Below are positions 8,881-18,863 of a stretch of DNA of 64,000 nt, one piece after another (within the stretch, counting starts at the first letter, position 1; each line of letters opens with the position of its first letter). Origin of the DNA: a candidate division WWE3 bacterium. GTDB taxonomy: Bacteria; Patescibacteriota; WWE3; UBA101185; UBA10185. The position numbers and the translations under genes are program-made. The notes under the pieces were generated by a model. The model did not search any database. It was given only the letters and a program-made list of their open reading frames with translations, and was not told the DNA's origin. The DNA lies in NCBI GenBank assembly GCA_012798115.1, contig JAAZNV010000009.1, positions 10,156 to 74,155 on the forward strand, given 5' to 3'.

Positions 8881-10674
8881 ATGATCTCTTGCCCACATAA
8901 AAAAAGTATAAGGAAGGGTATAACCTTCATAACAATACTTTTATTTGTAATTCCTATGTTACTTTCCCTTAAGATTCAAAACACGTATGCAGAAGATAAG
9001 TGTAAAAACATATCGGACAAGGATGATCAAACAGAATGTTATGAAAATCTAGAAAAGGAAACACAAGCTAAGTTAAGTAGTACAAAATCTAAATTAGATA
9101 ACACATTAAATTCAATCAATCAACTATCTTCTCAACTAAATGTAACACAAGCACAACTCAACGATGTCCAATCAGATATAAACGATATAAAAGAAGAACT
9201 AGATCAAATAAATTCTGTATTAGAAGACAGAAATAATAAATTATCGGAAAAGATAACATTCAGAAACAACTTACTTAGAAACTACTCTAAGAAGAATGTG
9301 GTAAACGACTTGGAACTATTCTTTTCTAGCAACAAGGAAACAAACTTGAGTGGTTTTCAAACAGCTACTTTTATATATGCATTTAACAAAGCAACTAGTG
9401 GGAATATTTTAAAAATAATAGGAGCATTAAACTCTGAAATTAGAAACTATGAAAAAAACAAAGAAGAATCAGAAGAAATTAAGAAAGACCTAGAAATTGC
9501 ACAAAACAACTTAATATCTTTAAAGAAGGATTTAGATGCAAGAAAAGCTAATGCACAAAGCGAAGCAAATAAACTAGAAGAACAAAAAACAGAATACGAA
9601 GAAAAGCTAGAAGAGCTTCAAAGTAAAATATTAAGCTTAAAATATGGTGATGAAAGTGGTTCCGTTGGGGATTATGAGTCACCTTCATCCAAAACACCAT
9701 CCCCTCCGTTTGACAATGCATTTGCAGCATTTTCTTATGGAGCATATACCCATTACAACGGCATGAGCCAATATGGGGCAAAAGGCAGGGCTGAAGATGA
9801 AAAAAGCTATAAAGATATTATTAAGTTTTATTATGGTGAAAGTGTAAAAGAAAAAGATGACTTTCCAGAAAAAATATGTGTTGAAGGTTACGGAAATATG
9901 AGTTTTCAAAAATATCTTTACGGTATAGCTGAAATGCCAAGCTCTTGGGATGAAGATGCTCTAAAAGCTCAAGCAGTAGCTGCTAGATCTTATGCATACA
10001 AAAGAACCAAAGGTGGGGGGTGCATATGCACTACCCAAAGCTGTCAGGTCTTTTCAAAAAGCAAGTCTGACAACCCACCAGGAAGTTGGAAAAAAGCTGT
10101 CGATAACACTGAGAATGAAATAATAGGGGGAGATACAGGAAAATCAGGGTATGGCTGGTATTCATCAACAACGGGAGGATATCTTAACCAAGCAGGGTGG
10201 GACTTAGATGGAAAGTGGCCTGGACAAGCCTACGAAAAAAAAGCAGGATCACCATGGTTCTATAAAGCATGGTATACAAAAAGTTATAGTGATTCATCAA
10301 CATGTGGTCATTCACATCCATGGCTTACAGAAGAAGAAATGGCTGACATTATTAACTCATGGGTGGTTTATACAAAAGGATCTTCAAGTGAGAAAAGTCA
10401 TATTACCCCAAGAACAGAAAGTTGTTGGGGAGGTGATCCTTACTCTCTTGATGAAATGGCATCAAAAGCAGATAAATATGGGGATAAATATACAAACGTA
10501 TCAAAAGTTTGGGTTGATATAAGCAATTCTGGATATACATCAAAAGTTCACTTCCAGACAAATAATGGAGAAGTATCTATTGATGGAGCAACATTCAAGA
10601 CAGTCTTTAACTTAAGAGCTCCTGGATACGTTGCAATAAGAAGCAGACTCTACGATCTTGAATTAAGAGACTAA
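8881..10674 (+). CDS. Coiled-coil + SpoIID/LytB lytic transglycosylase
   Basis: Signal/TM, long coiled coil, 'GMSQYGA..' and 'YLYGIAEMPSSW..ALKAQAVAARSY' SpoIID motifs. Confidence 0.9.
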   Translation: MISCPHKKSIRKGITFITILLFVIPMLLSLKIQNTYAEDKCKNISDKDDQTECYENLEKETQAKLSSTKSKLDNTLNSINQLSSQLNVTQAQLNDVQSDINDIKEELDQINSVLEDRNNKLSEKITFRNNLLRNYSKKNVVNDLELFFSSNKETNLSGFQTATFIYAFNKATSGNILKIIGALNSEIRNYEKNKEESEEIKKDLEIAQNNLISLKKDLDARKANAQSEANKLEEQKTEYEEKLEELQSKILSLKYGDESGSVGDYESPSSKTPSPPFDNAFAAFSYGAYTHYNGMSQYGAKGRAEDEKSYKDIIKFYYGESVKEKDDFPEKICVEGYGNMSFQKYLYGIAEMPSSWDEDALKAQAVAARSYAYKRTKGGGCICTTQSCQVFSKSKSDNPPGSWKKAVDNTENEIIGGDTGKSGYGWYSSTTGGYLNQAGWDLDGKWPGQAYEKKAGSPWFYKAWYTKSYSDSSTCGHSHPWLTEEEMADIINSWVVYTKGSSSEKSHITPRTESCWGGDPYSLDEMASKADKYGDKYTNVSKVWVDISNSGYTSKVHFQTNNGEVSIDGATFKTVFNLRAPGYVAIRSRLYDLELRD

Positions 10675-10730
10675 CACAACTAGAGCCTAACTAACTATTT
10701 GGTTATTTAGTTGATGGTATAATAACCTCA

Positions 10731-11294
10731 ATGAGTACATCAACTTTACTTAAATCATTCATCAAAAACCCACCAAATACTTCCTATCAAGGAAGAGATA
10801 ACGATGAACGCATAATACTTGTTATTAGGAAAAGTTTAGTTGCTGTTTACAAATGGGTACTTATGTTCATTTTGCTCTTAATCATTCCAATATTTTTAAT
10901 GCCTTGGTTAGCAAGTTTGCAATACAACAACTACTTCATATTCACTGCTGGATTCATTCGCTGCTTAACTGCCTTTTGGTACTTATTCTCTATTGGTTTT
11001 ACTTTTCAAAACTTCTTGAATTGGTATTTTGAAGTGCTTTTAGTTACAAATAAGAAAGTTGTAGATATAGACAACTCTTGTACCAATATTTCAGAAGCCA
11101 CCTTAAACAACATTCAAGATGTAACATCAAAAATAAGCAAAGGATGGGAACAAATATTAAATATTGGGTCGATATATATTCAAACAGCCGCAGAAAGAGA
11201 AGAGTTTGAGTTTGATACTATAGATAATCCTTCATTTGTCAGGGATGCTATAGCAGATTTAATTTCAAAACATAAAGGACACCATGGACATTAG
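10731..11294 (+). CDS. Membrane protein with bacterial PH (bPH_2-like) domain
   Basis: Two TMs followed by 'VTNKKVVD...IQDVT...GSIYIQTA'. Confidence 0.75.
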   Translation: MSTSTLLKSFIKNPPNTSYQGRDNDERIILVIRKSLVAVYKWVLMFILLLIIPIFLMPWLASLQYNNYFIFTAGFIRCLTAFWYLFSIGFTFQNFLNWYFEVLLVTNKKVVDIDNSCTNISEATLNNIQDVTSKISKGWEQILNIGSIYIQTAAEREEFEFDTIDNPSFVRDAIADLISKHKGHHGH

Positions 11295-11526
11295 TAATTA
11301 TTCTATACAACAAATAATAAAAGTTGGTTCTGGAACCATTGAAATCTTCGTATTTTTAATGATGGTTCTTTACTTATTCTTTGCATTCATCTTAATTAGG
11401 AAACTAAGGATAATGAATTTAAATCTTAAAACCCCTTACAACAAGTTATTCTTGCTCCTAGCAAGGGTACACTTTGTGGCTTCCTTTATTGTTATTATTC
11501 TTACGTTTATAACCATAAGAAGGTAG
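11284..11526 (+). CDS. Small two-TM CPR membrane protein
   Basis: 80 aa with two hydrophobic helices; overlaps the upstream gene end. Confidence 0.7.
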   Translation: MDISNYSIQQIIKVGSGTIEIFVFLMMVLYLFFAFILIRKLRIMNLNLKTPYNKLFLLLARVHFVASFIVIILTFITIRR

Positions 11527-11527
11527 A

Positions 11528-13375
11528 ATGATTAAAAAACTAACTGCAAAAACCCAAGAACTAAATCCAAAATTACCTCAATACAGTAATTCATTTTCAA
11601 AATGCGTAATCATCAAACCAGAGACACAAGAGTTGCTATTAAAAAAAGGCACTGTATACAGTGTGTTTGATGTATCAGGAGAATCTAATTTTGATACAGA
11701 GCTAGTAATTAAAGTGATAAATGATGTCATAAATAACCTCTACTTCCAATCAGAGAGTATATCTCCAATACAATCAATGGAAAAAGCTATTGTAGAAACC
11801 AAAGAAAAAGTTCTTCAACTATCCAACGATACATTAACTTCCAACCCGCAGAGCATTAACTTAAACATGATAACTGCAGTTTTATGGGGAAGCGTCTTGT
11901 ACATAATAAAATTTGGAGGTGCTAAAGGATATCTAATGAAAAACGGGGAAATATCCCCCTTAGAGATGATATCGGAAGGAAACTTCTCTACTGCTTCAAA
12001 GGTTGTTGATGAAGACGAAGTACTAATATTAGCTACAGAACATTTTGAGAGATCATTTCCCCCAGAAAGACTCTTAGCAACAAGCATTGGTGAAGGAGAC
12101 TTAGATCCCAATCAAGCATGTCTTCTCATGAGACTGATCATAGATACTACATTTTCAGATAATGAAGTGGTTGACTTTGGTTTGGGTGATGCAGTTTCAA
12201 AGAATAAAAACAGGGTAAGAGTAGAAAAACTTACAAGTATTATCGAAGATGCTTCAAGATGGATATTAAAATCTATTAAAAAAGTATGTGGAGTATTTGT
12301 TGCATTAGGAAAACTTTTAGCGGATGCTATTTCAAAAGTACTCCCGAGAAGGAAAGCTGTACTCTTAACAAGAAGTATAAGTCAATTATCAGGAAAAGGT
12401 GGAACAAAAACAAAAAGCTGGTTGCCTTTAAGCTTAATGTCAATATCTCTTGCTTTTCTGGTGTTTTTTATCTTAAGATCTACTGTACTTAAAAGCACCA
12501 ACAAGGAAAATATGGAAAGAAAAAATACAGGACAACAAACAGTTGAAACCAGTACAAAAGAAGTTGTAAATACAGAAACTGAAGACAAGTCAAAAGATGA
12601 GCAATATAAAATTAAACGAGTATCTCCGGAAGTATTTTATGACTTGAAAATTACGGATCAATCAGTAGAACCAAGTGAAATTGAAATAGTTGGAGACAAA
12701 GTTGTTATTGTAGATAAAATTACTGGGAAAATATATGTATCAGATATCTCAACTCCAAACTTTAAGCTTGGGGTAAATACGTTCCCTGGCATTAAATCAC
12801 TAGCATCTTCAGAAGACCTGTTGTCCTTTAATGATAATGAAGGCTACAAGACCTACAGTATTAAAAACTCTACCGTAATAAGCTCATATAAAGTAGAAGG
12901 TTTATCACTAACATTCCCATATGCAGGTTTTATATACTCAGTATCTTCAGATATTTTATCCAAGAATACAGAAAAAGATGGGAAACTAGATGGAGTAGTT
13001 TGGGCCCAAAGCCCAGATTTTGTAGATGCTAAGTCGATGTCAATTGCATACAGCATTTATATATTGAAGAAAGATGGAAACCTTGTTAATTATTCAGGCG
13101 GGTCTAAAACTAGCTTTGCCATTAACGGCCTTGAAAAACCTCTCTCCGATCCTTCAAAGGTTAGCACGAATATTGATTTTGAATACATTTACATAGCAGA
13201 TAAAGGAAATGAAGCTATAGTGGTTATTGATAACAAAGGAAATGTAGTAAAACAGTACAAGTATGAGGATAGTAGTACATGGAGTGATATTAAGAGCATT
13301 GCTATATCTTCGGATGAAAAGACCATCTTTGTTTTAAACTCAAGCAAAATATATAAACTAAATATAGAAAACTAA
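11528..13375 (+). CDS. Degenerate PP2C-like domain + TM + NHL/beta-propeller protein
   Basis: N-terminal pattern 'AVLWGSVLYIIKFGGAKGYLMKNG...DEVLILAT', a central TM, and C-terminal 'IYIADKGNEAIVVIDNKG' NHL-like blades. Confidence 0.6.
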   Translation: MIKKLTAKTQELNPKLPQYSNSFSKCVIIKPETQELLLKKGTVYSVFDVSGESNFDTELVIKVINDVINNLYFQSESISPIQSMEKAIVETKEKVLQLSNDTLTSNPQSINLNMITAVLWGSVLYIIKFGGAKGYLMKNGEISPLEMISEGNFSTASKVVDEDEVLILATEHFERSFPPERLLATSIGEGDLDPNQACLLMRLIIDTTFSDNEVVDFGLGDAVSKNKNRVRVEKLTSIIEDASRWILKSIKKVCGVFVALGKLLADAISKVLPRRKAVLLTRSISQLSGKGGTKTKSWLPLSLMSISLAFLVFFILRSTVLKSTNKENMERKNTGQQTVETSTKEVVNTETEDKSKDEQYKIKRVSPEVFYDLKITDQSVEPSEIEIVGDKVVIVDKITGKIYVSDISTPNFKLGVNTFPGIKSLASSEDLLSFNDNEGYKTYSIKNSTVISSYKVEGLSLTFPYAGFIYSVSSDILSKNTEKDGKLDGVVWAQSPDFVDAKSMSIAYSIYILKKDGNLVNYSGGSKTSFAINGLEKPLSDPSKVSTNIDFEYIYIADKGNEAIVVIDNKGNVVKQYKYEDSSTWSDIKSIAISSDEKTIFVLNSSKIYKLNIEN

Positions 13376-13410
13376 CTCTTTTAGTCCTTTTCTGATACAA
13401 TAATTCATTA

Positions 13411-13439
13411 TTGACCAACATAGGTATAAAAAGTAAAAT
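13411..13439 (+). promoter_or_regulatory. sigma70-type promoter of rplY
   Basis: TTGACC-N17-TAAAAT, followed by an AGAGGA SD before ATG13464. Confidence 0.6.
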
Positions 13440-13463
13440 ACCCATGCCCAAGAGGATTTAGTC

Positions 13464-14141
13464 ATGCAATTAAAGGCAGAACAAAGAGAAAGGCTTGGAA
13501 AGGCCAACAAGTACATAAGAAGAGAAAATAAGATTCCAGCTGTGATATTCGGAAGAGGTATGGGGTCTGTAAGCATCACCCTTAACTACAATGACTTCAA
13601 TAAGGTTTATCAAGAATCAGGAGAGACAGACTTAATTGATATTGCATGTGGAAACAATAAATATAAGGTTCTTATTAAAGACGTGCAGTTTGATCCTGTA
13701 TCAGACAAAATTTCACATGTCGGATTTTATAAACCAGACTTGACAGAAAAAATAGAAGCTCAAGTGCCGGTGGAAGTTATTGGCGAAGACGTAAACGAGC
13801 TTATAAAAAGCGGTGCAGCAATTGCCCTGCAACTATTACAAGAGATTACTGTTGAAGCATTACCAGAAGACTTGCCACATGAGTTTAGGATTGACGTTTC
13901 TTCTATCAACGAACTTGGAAAAGGAATAACAATAGCAGATTTAGATTACGATAGGAGTAAGGTATCCATCCCAGACTTAGATCCCACAGAAGTAGTTGTT
14001 AGAATAGATGAGGTGACTGTCGAGGAAGAGCCTGTAGAAGAAGTGTCGGAAGAAGAAGCAATTGCAGGTTTAGAAGCAACAGAAGAAAAGAAGGAAGAAG
14101 AAACTGCAGAAAACAAAGAAGACCAAAACAAAAGCGAGTAG
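13464..14141 (+). CDS. rplY: 50S ribosomal protein L25/Ctc
   Basis: 'IPAVIFG', 'VLIKDVQFDPVSDKISHVGFY', acidic tail. Confidence 0.95.
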   Translation: MQLKAEQRERLGKANKYIRRENKIPAVIFGRGMGSVSITLNYNDFNKVYQESGETDLIDIACGNNKYKVLIKDVQFDPVSDKISHVGFYKPDLTEKIEAQVPVEVIGEDVNELIKSGAAIALQLLQEITVEALPEDLPHEFRIDVSSINELGKGITIADLDYDRSKVSIPDLDPTEVVVRIDEVTVEEEPVEEVSEEEAIAGLEATEEKKEEETAENKEDQNKSE

Positions 14142-14184
14142 GAAGATTACAGTCTGAATCTTTACACTTTAATTCTAATTTATG

Positions 14185-16398
14185 TTACTCCGGCCAACGA
14201 TTCTCTATTAATAGACCATTGGTCTCAATATTGCTCCATATAGCTTCTGTAACAAAAGGCATAAACGGATGAAGTACCTTCAAACCAGTGGTAAAAACAT
14301 ACTTTAAAACGCCTAAAGCTACTCCTTTATCTTCTCTTGTTTTAACATACTCAATATAGTTATCTGCAACTTCATGCCACATAAACTGATATATCAAATC
14401 AGAAGCATCTGAAAACCTAAACTTTTCTAGACTATTATTGACCCCATAAATTAAGCTCCTTAGCTTTTGAATAATCTCTTTATCTACATCAGTTATATTT
14501 TTATCATTTCCTTCTTTATACTCAACAACTTCATTATTTTCCATCAGTAGTAATATAAACCTTGCCATATTCCACAGTTTATTTGCAAAGTTTCTGTAAG
14601 CAACTACCTTGTCCCTAGGAAATGCAAAATCTTTTCCATTTGCAGTTCCTGATATAAGTCCCATTCTTAGTGCATCTGCTCCATACTCAGAAACATAATC
14701 TAAAGGATCAATAACATTTCCTAAACTCTTACTCATTTTCTTTCCATCTATAGCCCTAACCAAACCATGTAGATAAACATCACTAAACGGTGGCTTCCCA
14801 GTAAGATAGATACCAAACATAATCATTCTTGACACCCAAAATCTAATAATTTCCCATCCAGTTTCCATTACTGATGTAGGATAAAAATAGTGAAAATCAT
14901 CTGAATTTGGATAACCAAGAGTAACAAGAGGCCAGTGTCCAGAAGAAAACCAAGTATCAAATGTGTCTGTCTCTTGCAAGTAGTTTCCATTTGGTCTTGC
15001 CTTGGAAATGATACTCTTTGCGTTCTTTGGGGCAATTAAACTCTGTAGTCCTTCTTCTATTTCACTAAATGAATACTTTTTAATGAGATCAGATACCTTT
15101 CCAGTTATTCTTTCTTTTTTCTTATTCAAAAACGTAACCTGAATACTTGGGTTCTCTTCAACAGAATACCAAGCAGGTATTCTAATGCCCCACACAACTT
15201 GTCTGGATATTGGCCAGTCTCTCATTTCTTCCATCCATTTAACGTATGTGATTTCTCTCCATCTTGGGTATATCTTAACTTCTTTATTTATAACAACATC
15301 TAAAGCTGGTTTTTTGAAATTCTCAACCTTAATAAACCAATTAGGAAGAACTGTAGGTTCTATATCATGTCCACCTTTGTAACAAACAGAAACTGTATGT
15401 TCATAATCATAGTCTATTTTTATCATTAAACCTTTTCTCTGAAGGTCTTCAACAACTTTCTTTCTACCTTCTTCAACACTAAGACCTACATAAGGACCTG
15501 TGTTTTCATTTAATTTTCCATCAAGACCAATTACAGATTTGATTTCAAGACTATGTCTTCTGCCTGCTTCATAATCGTTCTTGTCATGTGCTGGAGTTAC
15601 TTTTACAACACCTGTTCCAAACTTTGGATCAACAAATGTATCCCCAATAACTTTAAGCTTAAGATTTCCATTCAGTCCTTCTACTTCTATTTCTTTTCCA
15701 ATGTATTCTTTATATCTCTCATCATTGGGATGAACTGCAACAGCAGTATCCCCAAATTTTGTTTCTGGCCTTGTTGTTGCAACAACAAAAGGTCCATACT
15801 TCATATAATACAGTGGGTCCTTTCTTGTTACGTGTCTTAACTCTAAGTCTGCAAAAGTCGTTCCACATTTTGGGCAATAGTTAACAATGTAATCATCCCT
15901 GTAGACCATGCCTTCTTCAACCATCCTTTGAAATGTCTCATAAACAGTGTCTACAACTTTATCATCAAGTGTAAATGTATATCGTGTCCAATCAAGGCCT
16001 GGGCCCATACTTTTAATCTGAGATTCAATTACTCCCTTGTTTTCTTGTACAAAATCCCATATTTCCTTGTACAAAGAGTCTCTATCATAATCAAATCTAG
16101 ACTTCCCTTTTTCTTTTAAATGCCTTTCAAATACAACCTGTGTTTCAAACCCTGCATGGTCTGTTCCTGGAACCCAAAGAGTTGAATATCCTTGCATTTT
16201 CTTCCACCTTATCAAAATATCTTCAATTGCAAGCATTAACACATGTCCTGTATGCAACTTTCCATTAGCATTTGGTGGTGGGAGAACTATTGTAAAAGGC
16301 TTTTTGTTCTTATCGATCTTGCCTGTAAATATTCCTTTCTCTTCCCACTTCTTTTGAATCTCTGGTTCTTGAATTTTATGATCATACTTTTTTTCCAT
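14185..16398 (-). CDS. valS: Valine--tRNA ligase (short form)
   Basis: 'PPPNANGKLHTGH', 'DWPISRQVVWG', 'KMSKS'; 737 aa, C-terminal coiled-coil arm absent. Confidence 0.97.
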   Translation of the reverse strand: MEKKYDHKIQEPEIQKKWEEKGIFTGKIDKNKKPFTIVLPPPNANGKLHTGHVLMLAIEDILIRWKKMQGYSTLWVPGTDHAGFETQVVFERHLKEKGKSRFDYDRDSLYKEIWDFVQENKGVIESQIKSMGPGLDWTRYTFTLDDKVVDTVYETFQRMVEEGMVYRDDYIVNYCPKCGTTFADLELRHVTRKDPLYYMKYGPFVVATTRPETKFGDTAVAVHPNDERYKEYIGKEIEVEGLNGNLKLKVIGDTFVDPKFGTGVVKVTPAHDKNDYEAGRRHSLEIKSVIGLDGKLNENTGPYVGLSVEEGRKKVVEDLQRKGLMIKIDYDYEHTVSVCYKGGHDIEPTVLPNWFIKVENFKKPALDVVINKEVKIYPRWREITYVKWMEEMRDWPISRQVVWGIRIPAWYSVEENPSIQVTFLNKKKERITGKVSDLIKKYSFSEIEEGLQSLIAPKNAKSIISKARPNGNYLQETDTFDTWFSSGHWPLVTLGYPNSDDFHYFYPTSVMETGWEIIRFWVSRMIMFGIYLTGKPPFSDVYLHGLVRAIDGKKMSKSLGNVIDPLDYVSEYGADALRMGLISGTANGKDFAFPRDKVVAYRNFANKLWNMARFILLLMENNEVVEYKEGNDKNITDVDKEIIQKLRSLIYGVNNSLEKFRFSDASDLIYQFMWHEVADNYIEYVKTREDKGVALGVLKYVFTTGLKVLHPFMPFVTEAIWSNIETNGLLIENRWPE

Positions 16399-16505
16399 AG
16401 TTATGGCTTGAGGTTATCATAAAAACACTGCTATCTCAATAACAACAAGTATTAGGAACACAAGTAAACCTGCTTTGGATATGTTTATTGTGATAAAATC
16501 CAAAT

Positions 16506-17756
16506 ATGCGTTATTCCCAACTAATTGGAAAGACAAAAAAAGATATTCAAAAAGATGAGGTAGGCATAAGTGCTCAATATCTCATAAGAGGAGGCTTCAT
16601 ACATAAGGAACTGGCAGGGGTATATACCCTACTGCCACTGGGTTTAAAGGTAGTAAATAAGATAACACAAATAATTAGAGAAGAAATTAATGCCATAGAT
16701 GCACAAGAATTGAGTATGACAGCTATTCAAAACCCTGATCCGTGGAAGAAATCAGGAAGATGGGATGATAACGTTGTTGATATATGGTTTAAAACACTTC
16801 TTAAAAATGGTTCTGAGGTTGGTCTTGCTACAACGCATGAAGAACCACTCACTAAACTCTTATCTCAACAAGTTAACTCATACAAAGACCTTCCGCTGTA
16901 TGTATATCAATTCCAAACAAAATTCAGAAACGAGCCAAGGCCAAGAAGTGGCCTACTAAGAGCAAGGGAGTTTATTATGAAAGATCTTTATTCCTTTAAC
17001 ACGAATAAAGAAAGTCATGAAGAATACTACGAAAGAGCAAAACAAGCTTATATCAAAATATGGGAAAGATTAGGCATCGGCAAACACACATATTTAACAT
17101 TTGCCAGTGGAGGAACATTCAGTAAGTATTCTCATGAATTCCAAACATTATGTGAAAATGGTGAAGATACTATTTATGTAGATAAGAAGAAAAAGATAGC
17201 AGTAAACAAAGAAGTATTTAATGACGAAGTACTAAAAGAACTAAACTTGAACAAGAAGGAAATGGAAGAAGAAAAAGCCATAGAAGTAGGAAATATCTTT
17301 CCTCTTGGAACAAAATATTCACAAGCATTGGGCTTGATGTTTACAGACGAAACCGGAGGAAAAAAGCCAGTGGTTATGGGAAGTTATGGTATAGGTATAG
17401 GAAGGGTAATGGCAACGATAGTGGAGTTAATACATGATGATAAAGGAATAATATGGCCAGAGAATGTGTCTCCATGCAAAGTGCATCTTATTGGCCTTAA
17501 TCTTGATGATGAAGATGTGAACAAGAGAGCAGAGGAAGTTTATTCAAGGCTTAAAGGAAAGAAGATTGATGTTTTATTTGACGATAGAAAAGAAGCAACA
17601 CCAGGAGAAAAGTTTGCAGATGCAGACTTAATTGGAATAACATACAGAGCAGTTGTTTCATCAAAAACAAGGGAAGACATAGAAATAAAAAGGAGAGATC
17701 AAGAAAAAGTATCATTGGTACCATTAGAAGATTTTATAGGCAATTTATTGAAGTAA
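16506..17756 (+). CDS. proS: Proline--tRNA ligase (no editing insert)
   Basis: 'KFRNEPRPRSGLLRAREFIMKDLYSF', 'MGSYGIGIGR'. Confidence 0.97.
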   Translation: MRYSQLIGKTKKDIQKDEVGISAQYLIRGGFIHKELAGVYTLLPLGLKVVNKITQIIREEINAIDAQELSMTAIQNPDPWKKSGRWDDNVVDIWFKTLLKNGSEVGLATTHEEPLTKLLSQQVNSYKDLPLYVYQFQTKFRNEPRPRSGLLRAREFIMKDLYSFNTNKESHEEYYERAKQAYIKIWERLGIGKHTYLTFASGGTFSKYSHEFQTLCENGEDTIYVDKKKKIAVNKEVFNDEVLKELNLNKKEMEEEKAIEVGNIFPLGTKYSQALGLMFTDETGGKKPVVMGSYGIGIGRVMATIVELIHDDKGIIWPENVSPCKVHLIGLNLDDEDVNKRAEEVYSRLKGKKIDVLFDDRKEATPGEKFADADLIGITYRAVVSSKTREDIEIKRRDQEKVSLVPLEDFIGNLLK

Positions 17757-17795
17757 TTACAAATCAACGAGAGCGTTGAGTAAACAAATACAAAG

Positions 17796-18827
17796 CTAAA
17801 GTTTATCCATTATTCCCAAAGAAGGGTTAACTTCAACGTTTTCATATCCAACGGATTTATTGTTGAAGTATGCTGCACTAGCAATATAAACAGCATTATC
17901 AGTACACAATCTAATTGGAGGTACTTGAGTTGAAATACCAAGTTTATCTGCTTCCTTTTTCACTTCTTCTCTTAAGTGGATATTTGCAGACACACCACCT
18001 CCTAACATTATTGTTTTAACATTAAACTTCCTAGCTGCTCTAATTGTTTTTTTTACTAATACTTCAACTACAGCTTCTTCAAATTCTCTAGCAATAACTT
18101 CCTGTGGATATTGATTAAGTTCTATTATCCTTTTAGATGCAGTTTTTAGACCAGAAAACGAAAAATCAAAGTTATCTTGATCAACCATAGGTCTTGGGAG
18201 TCTTCCTTTGATAGTATTTTCATCACACTCTAAAGCTTTCTTAGAAAGAATGGCTCCTCCTAAATACTTGGATAAACCTAAAAGCCTTGCCACCTTATCA
18301 TAAGCTTCTCCAACAGCATCATCTAAAGTTCCACCAAGATACTCAAAATTCCCATGATCTTTCATCAAAACCAAATCAGTATGCCCACCACTAACAAGCA
18401 AAACAATAGCTGGAAGTAATAACTCTTGTGTGTTATTCACAAAATTTCCATATATGTGGCCAACTAGGTGGTTAACAGGGATAAGGGGTTTATTTAAGAA
18501 CAAAGACAACGCTTTAGCAGCTTCAACCCCAACAACTAACGACCCTATAAGACCAGGTCCTACTGTCACTGCAACTGCATCTATACCCCTATAGCAATCT
18601 TCAAGTGTATCAAACTTTTTTTCTTTTCTATATTTTTCAAAACATTCAGAAATTACGGGGGTGATAAATTCAACTTGTTTTCTCGCTGCAACTTCAGGAA
18701 CAATACCCCCAGTTTTCTCATGAAACTCTTTTGACGATGCAACAACACTACATATTTCCCTTGTACCACTTTCAACGACTGCTGCTGCTGTTTCATCACA
18801 GGATGTTTCAATACCAAATATGATCAT
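17796..18827 (-). CDS. tsaD: tRNA t6A threonylcarbamoyltransferase
   Basis: 'GIETSCDET', 'VSGGHT', 'FSFSGLKT', 'CTDNA'. Confidence 0.97.
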   Translation of the reverse strand: MIIFGIETSCDETAAAVVESGTREICSVVASSKEFHEKTGGIVPEVAARKQVEFITPVISECFEKYRKEKKFDTLEDCYRGIDAVAVTVGPGLIGSLVVGVEAAKALSLFLNKPLIPVNHLVGHIYGNFVNNTQELLLPAIVLLVSGGHTDLVLMKDHGNFEYLGGTLDDAVGEAYDKVARLLGLSKYLGGAILSKKALECDENTIKGRLPRPMVDQDNFDFSFSGLKTASKRIIELNQYPQEVIAREFEEAVVEVLVKKTIRAARKFNVKTIMLGGGVSANIHLREEVKKEADKLGISTQVPPIRLCTDNAVYIASAAYFNNKSVGYENVEVNPSLGIMDKL

Positions 18828-18863
18828 GGGAGAAATATATCAGTAAAACATAATATATAAAAG

